From assembly GCA_002753335.1 (NCBI GenBank), contig PEAD01000007.1, positions 62,001 through 109,124 of the forward strand: a DNA stretch of 47,124 bases, given 5' to 3'. Every line of letters begins with the position of its first letter. The first letter of the stretch is position 1. The stretch is from Nitrospirae bacterium MYbin3. GTDB lineage: Bacteria > Nitrospirota > Thermodesulfovibrionia > Thermodesulfovibrionales > Dissulfurispiraceae. The position numbers were made by a program, and so were the translations under genes. Positions 17,398-26,868 of this stretch are shown here, piece by piece. The notes under the pieces were generated by a model. That model was not told the DNA's origin and searched no databases. It was given only the letters and a program-made list of their open reading frames with translations.

Positions 17398-17868
17398 ATG
17401 AAAAGCCATGTTTGGAGGCCGCTTTATTTAGCTGCCGGTCTTTTGGCGCTGTTTCTCATTGCGAGATACATCTATGTGCCGAAAGACTTTGGGACGGGTG
17501 AGAGGGGATACAGATATTCTTTTCACCGGTTGGGAAACGAGGATGAGTGGAAGGCTTTTAAGGTGAAGTACAAAGGTACGGAATACTGCAAAGACTGTCA
17601 TTCCGACAAATACCAGCAGATTATGAGGTCTCGCCATGCGATCATATCCTGCGAAAACTGCCACGGGCCGGCTATCGATCACCCCGAAAACCCTGCAAAG
17701 CTTGCAAAAGAGACCAACAGGGAGCATTGCCTAAGATGTCATTTCCGTTTGCCGTATCCTACGAGCGGAAGGTCGGCTATACGGGGCATATACCCTGGAG
17801 AGCACAATCCCGGGGCTCCGTGCTCTGCGTGTCATAATCCGCACAAACCGCAGGAGGGTCTGAGATGA
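17398..17868 (+). CDS. Membrane-anchored tetraheme cytochrome c
   Basis: N-terminal TM; CKDCH, CENCH, CLRCH, CSACH; coupled to the NrfC-like gene (ATGA overlap). Confidence 0.9.
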   Translation: MKSHVWRPLYLAAGLLALFLIARYIYVPKDFGTGERGYRYSFHRLGNEDEWKAFKVKYKGTEYCKDCHSDKYQQIMRSRHAIISCENCHGPAIDHPENPAKLAKETNREHCLRCHFRLPYPTSGRSAIRGIYPGEHNPGAPCSACHNPHKPQEGLR

Positions 17869-18671
17869 TAACGAGAAGAAAATTAATCACCAATACCTTG
17901 AAAGGCATGGCTGCGCTTTCTTTGCCTGCTGCTGCGTTCGAGATACTTACGCCCGAAAGGCTGAACGCTATAATCTACAATGATACCGCAAAGGTCAGGT
18001 ATGTGTTTCTTGTTGATACAAACAAGTGTGTGGGCTGCGGGCTTTGCGTTAAGGCCTGCAAGAACGAAAATGAGATACCCTACGAGGCGAATGTAACGAG
18101 GACATGGGTCGAGCGTTACATAATAACAAGAGACGAGAGGCATGAGGTTCTCGAAAAAGTATTTGCCGACTCGCCTAAAGGCGCTCGTGACGGCTTTATT
18201 ACAGGGACGATTGACTTGGGGCATGGCAATACGTATACACCGAGAAAAGAAGATATAGACAAGGCATTCTTTGTTCCTAAGCTCTGCAATCAGTGCGACA
18301 ACCCGGCCTGCGTTCAGGTCTGTCCTGTCGGCGCAACTTATCAGGCGGATGACGGCGTGGTGTTGATAGACAGGAAATGGTGCATAGGCTGCGGATACTG
18401 TGTAATGGGATGCCCTTATGGCGTCAGATTTTTCCATCCACAGCATCATGTTGCGGATAAGTGCAATTTCTGCTACCACAGGATAAAGAAGGGTATGAAA
18501 ACAGCCTGCGTAGAAGCCTGTCCGTTCGGAGCAAGACTTATAGGCAACTACAAAGACCCTGACGACGCAGTTACAAGAATAATAAACACAAAGAGGGTCG
18601 GTGTGCTTAAAGAAGAGTTTGGCACAAGGCCGCAGGTTTTCTATCTCGGGCTCAGCATGGAGGTGAGGTAA
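17865..18671 (+). CDS. NrfC/PsrB-like 4Fe-4S protein with Tat signal
   Basis: TRRKLI twin-arginine signal; CVGCGLCVKAC, CNQCDNPACVQVCP, CIGCGYCVMGCP, CNFC..ACVEACP. Confidence 0.92.
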   Translation: MITRRKLITNTLKGMAALSLPAAAFEILTPERLNAIIYNDTAKVRYVFLVDTNKCVGCGLCVKACKNENEIPYEANVTRTWVERYIITRDERHEVLEKVFADSPKGARDGFITGTIDLGHGNTYTPRKEDIDKAFFVPKLCNQCDNPACVQVCPVGATYQADDGVVLIDRKWCIGCGYCVMGCPYGVRFFHPQHHVADKCNFCYHRIKKGMKTACVEACPFGARLIGNYKDPDDAVTRIINTKRVGVLKEEFGTRPQVFYLGLSMEVR

Positions 18672-18672
18672 T

Positions 18673-19923
18673 ATGGTACACGGTGAAGTTTGGACAATAA
18701 AAGAGCTTTTCACATATCCTAACGAATACATCTACTGGAGCATCCAGATTGTCATGTATCCGTTTATGACCGGTCTTGTGGCCGGGGCTTTCGTGCTCTC
18801 GTCTCTCTACCATGTTTTTGGAATCAAGCAGCTGAAAGATATTGCGAGATTTTCGCTCGTCTTCTCTTTTGCGCTGCTGCCATGTGCGCCATTGCCGCTT
18901 CTGCTTCATCTGCAGCAGCCGCTAAGAAACATGCATGTTATGATGACCCCGCATTTTACGTCAGCTATCGCCGCTTTCGGCATAGTGTTCGTAACTTACG
19001 GAGCGATAGTTGCGGCAGAATTGTGGTTTTTGTATAGAAAGCACTTTGTCGAAACAGCGCTTGCACTAAAAAACAAGGCTAACAAAACAGCCTATGAAAC
19101 GGGCATGTATCATCTAAACAATTTGCTTACACTCGGCGCTCACGATATAAGCGAATTGGCCCTTCACAGGGACGAGAAAGCCATCAAGATTATGGCCGGA
19201 ATCGGCATCCCCGTAGCTTGTTTTCTACACGGATACGCCGGGTTCATATTCGGTTCGGTTAAGGCAAATGCGCTCTGGATGACCCCGCTTATGCCGGTTA
19301 TATTTATCATGTCTGCAGTTGTTTCGGGAATAGCTCTCTGCATGATCACTTACATTATCACAATGGAGGGAAGAAAATTTCTCGCAAAGAGAAAGGCCGC
19401 AGCCTGTCCCGGAGAATCCTGTGCTGATATAGAAAGCGTTGAACTTAATGTAATCCAGATGACCGCAAAATACCTGCTCGGTTTTCTTGTAGCGGCCATA
19501 ACCCTTGAACTTCTCGACCTTATCTTCAGAGGCTACACCGCCGTTAAATCTTGGGATATGCTTAGAAGGGTTATATACGGCAAAGACTTTTACAACATCT
19601 TTGTGGTTCAGTATGGATTAGGTAATCTTGTACCGTTCATACTTCTTCTGATCCCGGGCTTGACCATAAGACGGGCCGTTGTCGGCACTCTGCTAGTTTT
19701 GCTTGGAGTATTTATGATGCGTTGGAATGTTGTTATCGGTGGTCAGGCATTCTCTCTTACGTTTGCGGGATTTATGCATTACCATCTGCCCATTATTCCT
19801 CACGATATGGAAACTTTCAGGGAAGGCCTTTTCGGAGCGTTGTTTATTGTAACTTCTCCGTATGTGCTTTTCTTTATCTTAAACAAGATAATGCCGGTAT
19901 TCGGAATGAAAGAATCTCATTAA
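18673..19923 (+). CDS. NrfD/PsrC family integral membrane quinol oxidoreductase subunit
   Basis: W..QIVMYPFMTGLVAGAF, LLHLQQP, multiple TM helices, RWNVVIGGQ; follows the NrfC-like gene. Confidence 0.9.
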   Translation: MVHGEVWTIKELFTYPNEYIYWSIQIVMYPFMTGLVAGAFVLSSLYHVFGIKQLKDIARFSLVFSFALLPCAPLPLLLHLQQPLRNMHVMMTPHFTSAIAAFGIVFVTYGAIVAAELWFLYRKHFVETALALKNKANKTAYETGMYHLNNLLTLGAHDISELALHRDEKAIKIMAGIGIPVACFLHGYAGFIFGSVKANALWMTPLMPVIFIMSAVVSGIALCMITYIITMEGRKFLAKRKAAACPGESCADIESVELNVIQMTAKYLLGFLVAAITLELLDLIFRGYTAVKSWDMLRRVIYGKDFYNIFVVQYGLGNLVPFILLLIPGLTIRRAVVGTLLVLLGVFMMRWNVVIGGQAFSLTFAGFMHYHLPIIPHDMETFREGLFGALFIVTSPYVLFFILNKIMPVFGMKESH

Positions 19924-19932
19924 AGTATTGTT

Positions 19933-19976
19933 AAAAAAGCCTTCAAGCGGCAGACACCGCTTGAAGGCTTTTTTTT
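19933..19976. terminator. Bidirectional intrinsic terminator
   Basis: AAAAAAGCCTTCAAGCGG-N6-CCGCTTGAAGGCTTTTTTTT between convergent genes. Confidence 0.9.
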
Positions 19977-19977
19977 G

Positions 19978-20820
19978 CTATTCGGATACTACTTGTTTAT
20001 AGGCTTCATGCAGTTTTGAAGTTATCGCCCCCGGACTGAACGCAGAATCATTAACCCTGTTTACAGGCATAATTTCCATAGTGCTGTTTGTGAGAAAAAT
20101 CTCGGATGCGGTGTTTAGTTCCTCTGAACGATAAAAACCTTCACGAACTTTTACGTCCGCTTTTAACGCAAGCTCTATAACAAGCGACCGGGTTATTCCA
20201 TCCAGAATACCGCACTCTACGGCGGGTGTGCAGAGAACGCCGTCTTTAATAAAGAAAATATTGCTTATCGTCCCTTCGGCCAAAAAGCGGTCGGTGTTAA
20301 GCATTACAGCTTCATATGCACCGGCGTTTTTTGCCTCTATCTTTGCGAGTATGTTGTTTAAAAAATTCTGGGATTTTATCTGAGGATTAAGCGCAGCCCT
20401 GTGATTTCTTCGTACTTCCGGAATCATTATAGCTACGCCTTCACTGTAATATTTTTCGGGATAACTTTTAAATTCGTTTGCTATAATCACAAACGTCGGT
20501 TCTTTGCAGAGCGCCGGATCAAGGCCGATAGGGCCTGCGCCCCTTGACACAGTGATTCTGACATACGCCTCTTTAAATCCGTTTGCATCAAGCGTCAGGA
20601 ATAAAGCCTTTTTAATTTCCTCATCCGTCTTGGGAATGGTTAATCCTATAAGCGAAGCTGAACGGTTAAGCCGATTAAGATGTTCGTTAATCATAAATGC
20701 TTTGCCGTTGTAGACCCTGAGCGTTTCGTATATTCCGTCGCCGTAAAGAAACCCGTGGTCAAAAACAGAAACCTTTGCATCATCTTCCGGCACAAGGCCG
20801 TTGTTTAGATAAACTAACAT
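19978..20820 (-). CDS. ilvE: Class IV PLP aminotransferase (branched-chain aa transaminase / aminodeoxychorismate lyase family)
   Basis: DHGFLYGDGIYET, IKSQNFLNNILAK, EGTISNIF, ILDGITR. Confidence 0.82.
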   Translation of the reverse strand: MLVYLNNGLVPEDDAKVSVFDHGFLYGDGIYETLRVYNGKAFMINEHLNRLNRSASLIGLTIPKTDEEIKKALFLTLDANGFKEAYVRITVSRGAGPIGLDPALCKEPTFVIIANEFKSYPEKYYSEGVAIMIPEVRRNHRAALNPQIKSQNFLNNILAKIEAKNAGAYEAVMLNTDRFLAEGTISNIFFIKDGVLCTPAVECGILDGITRSLVIELALKADVKVREGFYRSEELNTASEIFLTNSTMEIMPVNRVNDSAFSPGAITSKLHEAYKQVVSE

Positions 20821-20826
20821 TCTGTG

Positions 20827-21168
20827 CTAAAACGCTCCTTCTATATGTTCTATCTCAGGCTTGCCTTTTGCAAGTAGTATGCTTATGACATCAAACCTGA
20901 CCGGCAGTTCCTGCTTTTTCTGTTTTGAAAAATAAAGCGATACTTTTCTTAGCTTTGCCTGTTTTTTATAATTTACCGCTTCAAAGGGCATGCCAAAAGA
21001 ATCGGTTTTTCGCGTTTTGACCTCAACAAACACGAATGTCTCTCCATCCATAGCAACAATATCAGCCTCTCCCACAGGAGTTGTGTAATTCCGGTGCAGT
21101 ATTTTATATCCGCGCTTTTTAAGATGCTCCATGGCGATAGATTCGCCTTCATCCCCCAGAAGCCTCAC
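20827..21168 (-). CDS. yraN: YraN (UPF0102) family protein
   Basis: G..GE..A..L...GY.IL.RNY...GEADIVA...VFVEVKTR...RFDVI. Confidence 0.92.
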   Translation of the reverse strand: MRLLGDEGESIAMEHLKKRGYKILHRNYTTPVGEADIVAMDGETFVFVEVKTRKTDSFGMPFEAVNYKKQAKLRKVSLYFSKQKKQELPVRFDVISILLAKGKPEIEHIEGAF

Positions 21169-21617
21169 ATATCCATCCTTAGGTTAAAGCTCTCCTCTTG
21201 CGGCTCACCAACCTTAACCGGCTCACCCGCAAGCCTTTCAAGCAGTGTCGGAATGCCCTCGATGTCCTTTATATCTTTTTGGCAGAGTATTTTTATGATT
21301 TCCCTTAACGGCAAAAACTCTTCCCACATGCCCAAAAGATGTCCGGAGACCTGTTTCATTAAGCTTTCGCCTTTAGCATCCCAATCCATAAGAAGAATAA
21401 CTTTATTAAAGCGCTCAGACAGGTCTTCGCAAAAATCATAAATCCCTTTGCCGGAATGCACTGTGATTATCTCTCCAACAAAGCCGAGTTTTCTCAGCGC
21501 AAGAACATCCTTTCTGCCTTCAACAATAACAGGGATGCGCTTGTTTGTCTCATAAAGCGATTGCAGCGCCTCTTTCAGCCTCTCTGCGCGCTCTATATCC
21601 GTTCCGGCAGGATGCAC
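21165..21617 (-). CDS. Stand-alone TOPRIM domain protein
   Basis: VIVEGRKD and ILLMDWDAKG (conserved E plus DxD) TOPRIM motifs. Confidence 0.8.
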   Translation of the reverse strand: MHPAGTDIERAERLKEALQSLYETNKRIPVIVEGRKDVLALRKLGFVGEIITVHSGKGIYDFCEDLSERFNKVILLMDWDAKGESLMKQVSGHLLGMWEEFLPLREIIKILCQKDIKDIEGIPTLLERLAGEPVKVGEPQEESFNLRMDM

Positions 21618-21618
21618 C

Positions 21619-22596
21619 CTATTTTATCAGGCGACCGACCAGACCATGCTGTATATCGAAAACCTCTCCGTTATCGCTGAACTTAAAAACCCTGCCCCAG
21701 ATGTCCAGCTCGTGATTTTCTGGACTGCCCGGCTGATAAGTCCAGCTCCCGAAGCCTCCGGTTCCTTTATTGTATCCTGTGGCTGTCCAGCCATTATGAC
21801 GGTCATACACTACGGTATAGGTTTCTCCACCCTTGATCGTACCCATAGGATTTACAGCGCCCATCCTGTCTGTATCCTGAAATTTCTTGGAAGCAGCATC
21901 AAATACAACCTTAAACTGTCTGCCTGATTTTATGTGTTCAACCCAGTTGTAGCTGCCGCCCATAATCTGGTTAGGATCTATTACCGAAAAAACGCCAATT
22001 GTCTGTCGCCCTAGCTTGGGATGCTGGTATGAAACCGTGTAGTTGCCCGGCCCTGCCGCATCTACCGGAATGCATAGATACCGGTCATCATCAGCGCATG
22101 CCTTGTTGTACTGCCCGAAAACATACTGCATGCCAGAATTAACAGTGCCTACATTGCCCGAAATGGTTCTTACATCCAGGCCGTCTTTGGCGAGGATAAA
22201 CTTAAAGTCCCTGAGATACACATTGCCCTCTCCCTTATATTTGAATCCTTTTGCATTTGATACATCAGCGAGCGGCAATATGCTGTCTATAAAGTCATAG
22301 TAATTTACAGCGCCATCGCCATTTATATCTCGTGATTTATTCCAATCGCCCTCAAACGAAAACAAAAGATGCGGTCCTTTGCGGTAGAAATTGTCATTGT
22401 AAAAAACCCTTAGGTGGTAAACCATTTTCTGTATTGTAGGATAGAAATCTATAGACCCGTCATACTGCTGTTTTGTCCCCGGATCAGTGGTCGAAAGCTT
22501 ATACTTGTTTTCGCCAAAAGAATTGGATGCGGTTAAAAGCAACCCAATACATAGAAAAACTGCTGCCCAAAAATTACAATAAACTCTCGTACCCAT
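21619..22596 (-). CDS. Hypothetical secreted protein with an EF-hand/dockerin-like loop
   Basis: Signal peptide, AGGAGG SD, DINGDGAVNYYD motif; no recognisable family. Confidence 0.6.
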   Translation of the reverse strand: MGTRVYCNFWAAVFLCIGLLLTASNSFGENKYKLSTTDPGTKQQYDGSIDFYPTIQKMVYHLRVFYNDNFYRKGPHLLFSFEGDWNKSRDINGDGAVNYYDFIDSILPLADVSNAKGFKYKGEGNVYLRDFKFILAKDGLDVRTISGNVGTVNSGMQYVFGQYNKACADDDRYLCIPVDAAGPGNYTVSYQHPKLGRQTIGVFSVIDPNQIMGGSYNWVEHIKSGRQFKVVFDAASKKFQDTDRMGAVNPMGTIKGGETYTVVYDRHNGWTATGYNKGTGGFGSWTYQPGSPENHELDIWGRVFKFSDNGEVFDIQHGLVGRLIK

Positions 22597-22724
22597 TAAC
22601 CCCTCCTAGCTTAGACTTTTTTTATAATTCTACGCTTCAAAAATAATGTATGTAAAGGGAAAAGTACCAAATGCAAAAACCCTGCATCTGTTAAAATAAT
22701 AGATAAAAGACTTGTGGTGATTTA

Positions 22725-23660
22725 ATGAGCGAAACAAACGGACAAAAACTGAACGATATTATAAAATTCCTATCCAGCTATCTTCACGGCAAGGATACAG
22801 CCTTGCGGCTGTCTTTAGTGGCATTTTTCTCAAAGGGACATCTGTTAATAGAAGACCTGCCGGGTCTTGGAAAGACAACACTTGCAATAGCCATCTCAAA
22901 GGCGCTCGGCCTCAGTTTTGGCAGGATTCAATGTACGAGTGATCTTTTGCCGACAGACATTACCGGCTTGTCTATTTACAAAAAAGACAGCGGTGAGTTT
23001 GAATTCCATCCGGGGCCGATCTTCAACAATATCGTACTCGTTGATGAGATAAACAGGGCCACGCCAAAGACCCAGAGCGCACTTCTCGAAGCGATGGGAG
23101 AAAAACAGACAACCATCGAGGGCAAAACATACAGGCTTTCAAAACCGTTTTTTGTGATAGCCACCCAAAATCCGGTTGAGCAGTTCGGCACATTTCCGCT
23201 GCCCGAATCCCAGATGGACCGGTTTATGATGAAGATAAGCATCGGTTATGTCTCGCGGGAGGCTGAAAAAGAGATTATTTCGGGCGGCAGCAGGCGCGAG
23301 GAGCTATACTCCATCGAACCGATGATGAGCTCTGCTGAGGTGCTGCAGATACAGCGGGATGTAAAGGAGAAAGTATATTCATCCTCGAAGATTATGGACT
23401 ATATCATGGATATTGTGGGGGCAACCCGCAGCAGCAAATTCATACTTGCAGGCCTATCCACAAGAGGGGCTTTGGCGCTTAATTCCACAGCTAAGACCAA
23501 CGCCTATTTTAATGGAAGAGATTTTGTTATACCGGAAGATATAAAAGAGCTTGCTGAGCATACAATCCCTCACCGCGTAATATTTAGGGAGGAGTATGAT
23601 TCGGTAGATAAAAAGGAGATTGTGAGATCGATAATAGATCAGATCGCGGCCCCGGCGTAA
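22725..23660 (+). CDS. moxR: MoxR family AAA+ ATPase
   Basis: HLLIEDLPGLGKT, RIQCTSDLLPTD, DEINRATPKTQSALLEAM, ATQNP.EQ.GTFPLPESQMDRF. Confidence 0.95.
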   Translation: MSETNGQKLNDIIKFLSSYLHGKDTALRLSLVAFFSKGHLLIEDLPGLGKTTLAIAISKALGLSFGRIQCTSDLLPTDITGLSIYKKDSGEFEFHPGPIFNNIVLVDEINRATPKTQSALLEAMGEKQTTIEGKTYRLSKPFFVIATQNPVEQFGTFPLPESQMDRFMMKISIGYVSREAEKEIISGGSRREELYSIEPMMSSAEVLQIQRDVKEKVYSSSKIMDYIMDIVGATRSSKFILAGLSTRGALALNSTAKTNAYFNGRDFVIPEDIKELAEHTIPHRVIFREEYDSVDKKEIVRSIIDQIAAPA

Positions 23661-24526
23661 TAAAAATACTTAAGGCCGGAACTATTTACATCGGCCTGAC
23701 GCTGCTTTTGGGGTTTGCAGCGGTGAACACAGCAAACAATCTGCTTTACCTTATCGTTTCTGCGTTGCTTAGTCTGATGGGTGTTTCTGGTGTGTTTGGA
23801 AAGCGCAATATTTCGGGCATTGCAGTATCCCTTGAGTTTCCGGAAGAGATTTATGCAAACACAACGGTTCCGGTAAAAATCAAGATAGCGAACAGCCGTC
23901 GTTTTATGCCGGCATTTCTTATAAGGATTAAGGCCGGCAACGAAGACCTTCTGGTCCCTTTTATAGATCGAAAATCCACTGATGTCAGATATATGAACTT
24001 TGAATTCCCTATGCGGGGTGTTCAGTTCATCGAAAATATCTACATAAGCTCGGTCTTTCCATTCAACTTTTTTGTGCGCTTCAGGCAGGTGCCTAAAATT
24101 TATGAAATTATCGTATTCCCTGAACCCAAAGATTGCCAATGGCAATCACCGCTTGAACGCAGCAGGAAAACACGCGGAGAAAAAGGCTCTGACAAATCCG
24201 GATACGAGTCTGATATTATTTCTCTGCGAGAATACAGCTACGGCGATCCGCTAAAGTATCTTCACTGGAAGGCGAGCGCAAAAACAGGCACGCTGATTAC
24301 CAAAGAGCTTTCGGCTCTTCTGCTTCAGCCGGTGGTGATAGATTTTGAAAAAGTTCCGGTCAAAGAGATCGAAAAAAGAGTCTCATGCATAACCCATGCG
24401 ATACTCAAATATCACAAACAAAATATACCTGTCGGCTTGAAAATAGACGGAGAAACATACAATCCCGAAATTTCATCACAGCATAAGCGGGTTATGCTTA
24501 AGGCTCTGGCACTTTATGGAAAGTAA
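23660..24526 (+). CDS. DUF58 family protein (start uncertain: ATA 23660, CTG 23696 or TTG 23708)
   Basis: AAVNTANNLLY, FPFNFF, LREYSYGDP..YLHWKASAK; lies between MoxR and the transglutaminase. Confidence 0.85.
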   Translation: MKILKAGTIYIGLTLLLGFAAVNTANNLLYLIVSALLSLMGVSGVFGKRNISGIAVSLEFPEEIYANTTVPVKIKIANSRRFMPAFLIRIKAGNEDLLVPFIDRKSTDVRYMNFEFPMRGVQFIENIYISSVFPFNFFVRFRQVPKIYEIIVFPEPKDCQWQSPLERSRKTRGEKGSDKSGYESDIISLREYSYGDPLKYLHWKASAKTGTLITKELSALLLQPVVIDFEKVPVKEIEKRVSCITHAILKYHKQNIPVGLKIDGETYNPEISSQHKRVMLKALALYGK

Positions 24527-26501
24527 GAATCTATTAAACGCCAAAACTCGGCTAAAAGTCGAAAATCTTGTTAAAGGGTTCAGTTATGCTATAGGAGTTG
24601 TAGGCTTTCTCTCTGTAGCGCGAGATACAGGAATTACTTATAATCTGCTTTTTATCTCGCTCTCAGTCTTTGCCGTTTATCGTGAATCCCGCCTTAATCT
24701 TGTAATTCCAAGATGGGCAATAAATATTATTTCATTTTTGCTTATCGCCCTAGCCTTGATGCGTATGACCCAGGATAATATGGTGGTTCCTGCGCTCGAA
24801 TCACTGATAGCTCTTTTGGGTGTTAAATTCGTCGAGGAAAAAAAGTTTAGGGACTACATGCAGGTTTATGCCATATCCATTTTTCTGCTTGCTGGGTCGG
24901 CTCTGCTTTCTCTGGATATGCTTTTTCTGACCTTCTTCTTTTCTCTTGTTTTCCTGATAACAATGACCGTTGTGCTGCTTACCTACTATTCTGAAGACAG
25001 CGCTATGGAGCTTCAAGCTTCGACCGCAATAAAGATCGTTTATCGGGCTGTTTTAATAACCTTGATATCTATTCCGATTACAATATTCTTTTTCATCATC
25101 CTTCCGCGCACGAATTATCCCCTTTTGAATTTCCTGAACAGGGCTGCTACGGGGATGAGCGGCTTTACAGATTCAATAACTCTCGGTGAGATATCCGATA
25201 TTTTCGAAGATAACACAGTGCTTTTCAGGGTAAAGATGAACAAAGTTGACGACAAGTTTCTTTACTGGCGAGGCATTGTGCTTGATCATTTTGACGGACG
25301 CACATGGCGAAGTATGGGCGCAGGCGAAGAACAAAAGCTTTGGCGAACCGATCTGCGTGGCGTACGAATTTTTCAAAGCGTGTTTCTTGAACCTTACAAC
25401 AACCGTTATTTTTTCGGCCTCGATAAACCAACATATGTGCATTATCCTAAAGTGAAGAGATTTGATGACCTAACCTTTCGTGCGCCCGAGAATGTAATGA
25501 GAAAGATAAAATATGATGCAATCTCGATACTTTCGGATACTATGCCAGCAAACATAGCTGAGGCGAATAAAAACCTTCAACTGCCGTTTGACAAGCTGGG
25601 GACTTTGTCGAAGGTCAAAGAGCTTGCGGGCTCTATTGTTGAAAACAGAAAAGGTGAGAATGCGGTTAATGCACTGCAGCATTACTTGAACAGCGGGGCA
25701 TTTAGATATTCGATAAGGGGCATGCCGGTTTCAAAAAAACCGCTCGAGGAATTTTTGTTCGATAGAAAAGAAGGCAGCTGCGAATATTATGCTTCGGCCA
25801 TGGCTGTGATGCTAAGGCTTTCGGGGATACCGGCCCGGCTTGTGGGAGGATTCAGGGGCGGTGACTATAACGACATCGGCGGCTATTATATGGTGCCTCA
25901 AAAATATGCCCATGTATGGGTCGAGGCTTATATTGAGGGCAAGGGCTGGAAGCGCATCGAACCTACACCTGCCGGAAGCGGGATCTCAACGGTCAAAATA
26001 AGAAAAGGCTTTTTAAGGGGCCTGCAGTTTTTTATAGACAGCATCAACTATTATTGGAGCGCAGCGGTAATAAACTACAACCTTGAAAAACAGATAAACA
26101 TAGTCGGAAGCCTTATGAAAGCTTTTAAACAGCCTTCTTTAAGATTGTCTCTGGATAAGGGAGAGGCTGCGAGAACCTCTCTTTTGATTATAGCAACCGC
26201 TGCTTTCGCAGGCCTGCTGGTCATTCTATTAAAAAGGAAGAGACAAAGCCCTGAAGACAAAATTCTCAATAGCTTTTTGGCTGCAATCGGAAAGCATGGA
26301 TACAGAAAAAGCAGCTCCGAAGGCTTAGAAGAGTTTGTCGCTAAAATCCGAGACCCCCATATAAGAAAGGATGCAGCAACGTTTGTTTCTAAATTCCAGC
26401 AATTTTATTACCGCGACCTTAAAATCGGGAAAGATGAACTGAATAGATTGGCTGATATAATCACGAAAGTTAAAAGGCGACGAGCGGATTTGAACCGCTG
26501 A
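24516..26501 (+). CDS. Membrane transglutaminase-like protein (TgpA/DUF3488 type)
   Basis: N-terminal multi-TM region, YWRGIVLD.FDG..W, GSCEYYASAMAVMLR..GIPARLVGGF, HVWVE. Confidence 0.9.
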   Translation: MESKNLLNAKTRLKVENLVKGFSYAIGVVGFLSVARDTGITYNLLFISLSVFAVYRESRLNLVIPRWAINIISFLLIALALMRMTQDNMVVPALESLIALLGVKFVEEKKFRDYMQVYAISIFLLAGSALLSLDMLFLTFFFSLVFLITMTVVLLTYYSEDSAMELQASTAIKIVYRAVLITLISIPITIFFFIILPRTNYPLLNFLNRAATGMSGFTDSITLGEISDIFEDNTVLFRVKMNKVDDKFLYWRGIVLDHFDGRTWRSMGAGEEQKLWRTDLRGVRIFQSVFLEPYNNRYFFGLDKPTYVHYPKVKRFDDLTFRAPENVMRKIKYDAISILSDTMPANIAEANKNLQLPFDKLGTLSKVKELAGSIVENRKGENAVNALQHYLNSGAFRYSIRGMPVSKKPLEEFLFDRKEGSCEYYASAMAVMLRLSGIPARLVGGFRGGDYNDIGGYYMVPQKYAHVWVEAYIEGKGWKRIEPTPAGSGISTVKIRKGFLRGLQFFIDSINYYWSAAVINYNLEKQINIVGSLMKAFKQPSLRLSLDKGEAARTSLLIIATAAFAGLLVILLKRKRQSPEDKILNSFLAAIGKHGYRKSSSEGLEEFVAKIRDPHIRKDAATFVSKFQQFYYRDLKIGKDELNRLADIITKVKRRRADLNR

Positions 26502-26546
26502 ATCGAGGTTTTGCAGACCTCTCCCTTGCCACTTGGGTACGTCGCC
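26475..26546 (-). tRNA. tRNA-Cys(GCA), CCA not encoded
   Basis: Minus-strand GGCGACG...GAGGTCT-GCA-AAACCTC...GGTTCAAATCC...CGTCGCCT cloverleaf with U73. Confidence 0.95.
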
Positions 26547-26555
26547 GTTTTTAAA

Positions 26556-26631
26556 TGGAGCGGGTGGCGGGATTCGAACCCGTGACCCCAACCTTGGCAA
26601 GGTTGTGCTCTACCAACTGAGCTACACCCGC
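26556..26631 (-). tRNA. tRNA-Gly(GCC)
   Basis: Minus-strand GCGGGTGTAGCTCAG...CAACCTT-GCC-AAGGTTG...GTTCGAATCC...CCCGCTCCA. Confidence 0.97.
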
Positions 26632-26868
26632 AATTAATTGACCCTTTTGTCAGAATTTATCAAGGCCTTAGCCTGACTAAATATCCAGAGCCGTTTTCCT
26701 GTAAGAATTAATGAACAATTGCCAACAGAAAAAGAGTTTATAAAATTATCATAACGGCCGGAGATATGTCAATTTTTGTCGGCGACAAATTTCGGTACAG
26801 TTTTAAAAAACGAATCACATGCGTTAGTATAAAAAATTGATTAATGTAAAGCTGGAGAAAAACAAACT

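Noticed and set aside
26475..26868. Genomic island or prophage integrated at tRNA-Gly/Cys
   Set aside because: No integrase, no duplicated tRNA 3' end and no phage or transposase genes were seen in the window.
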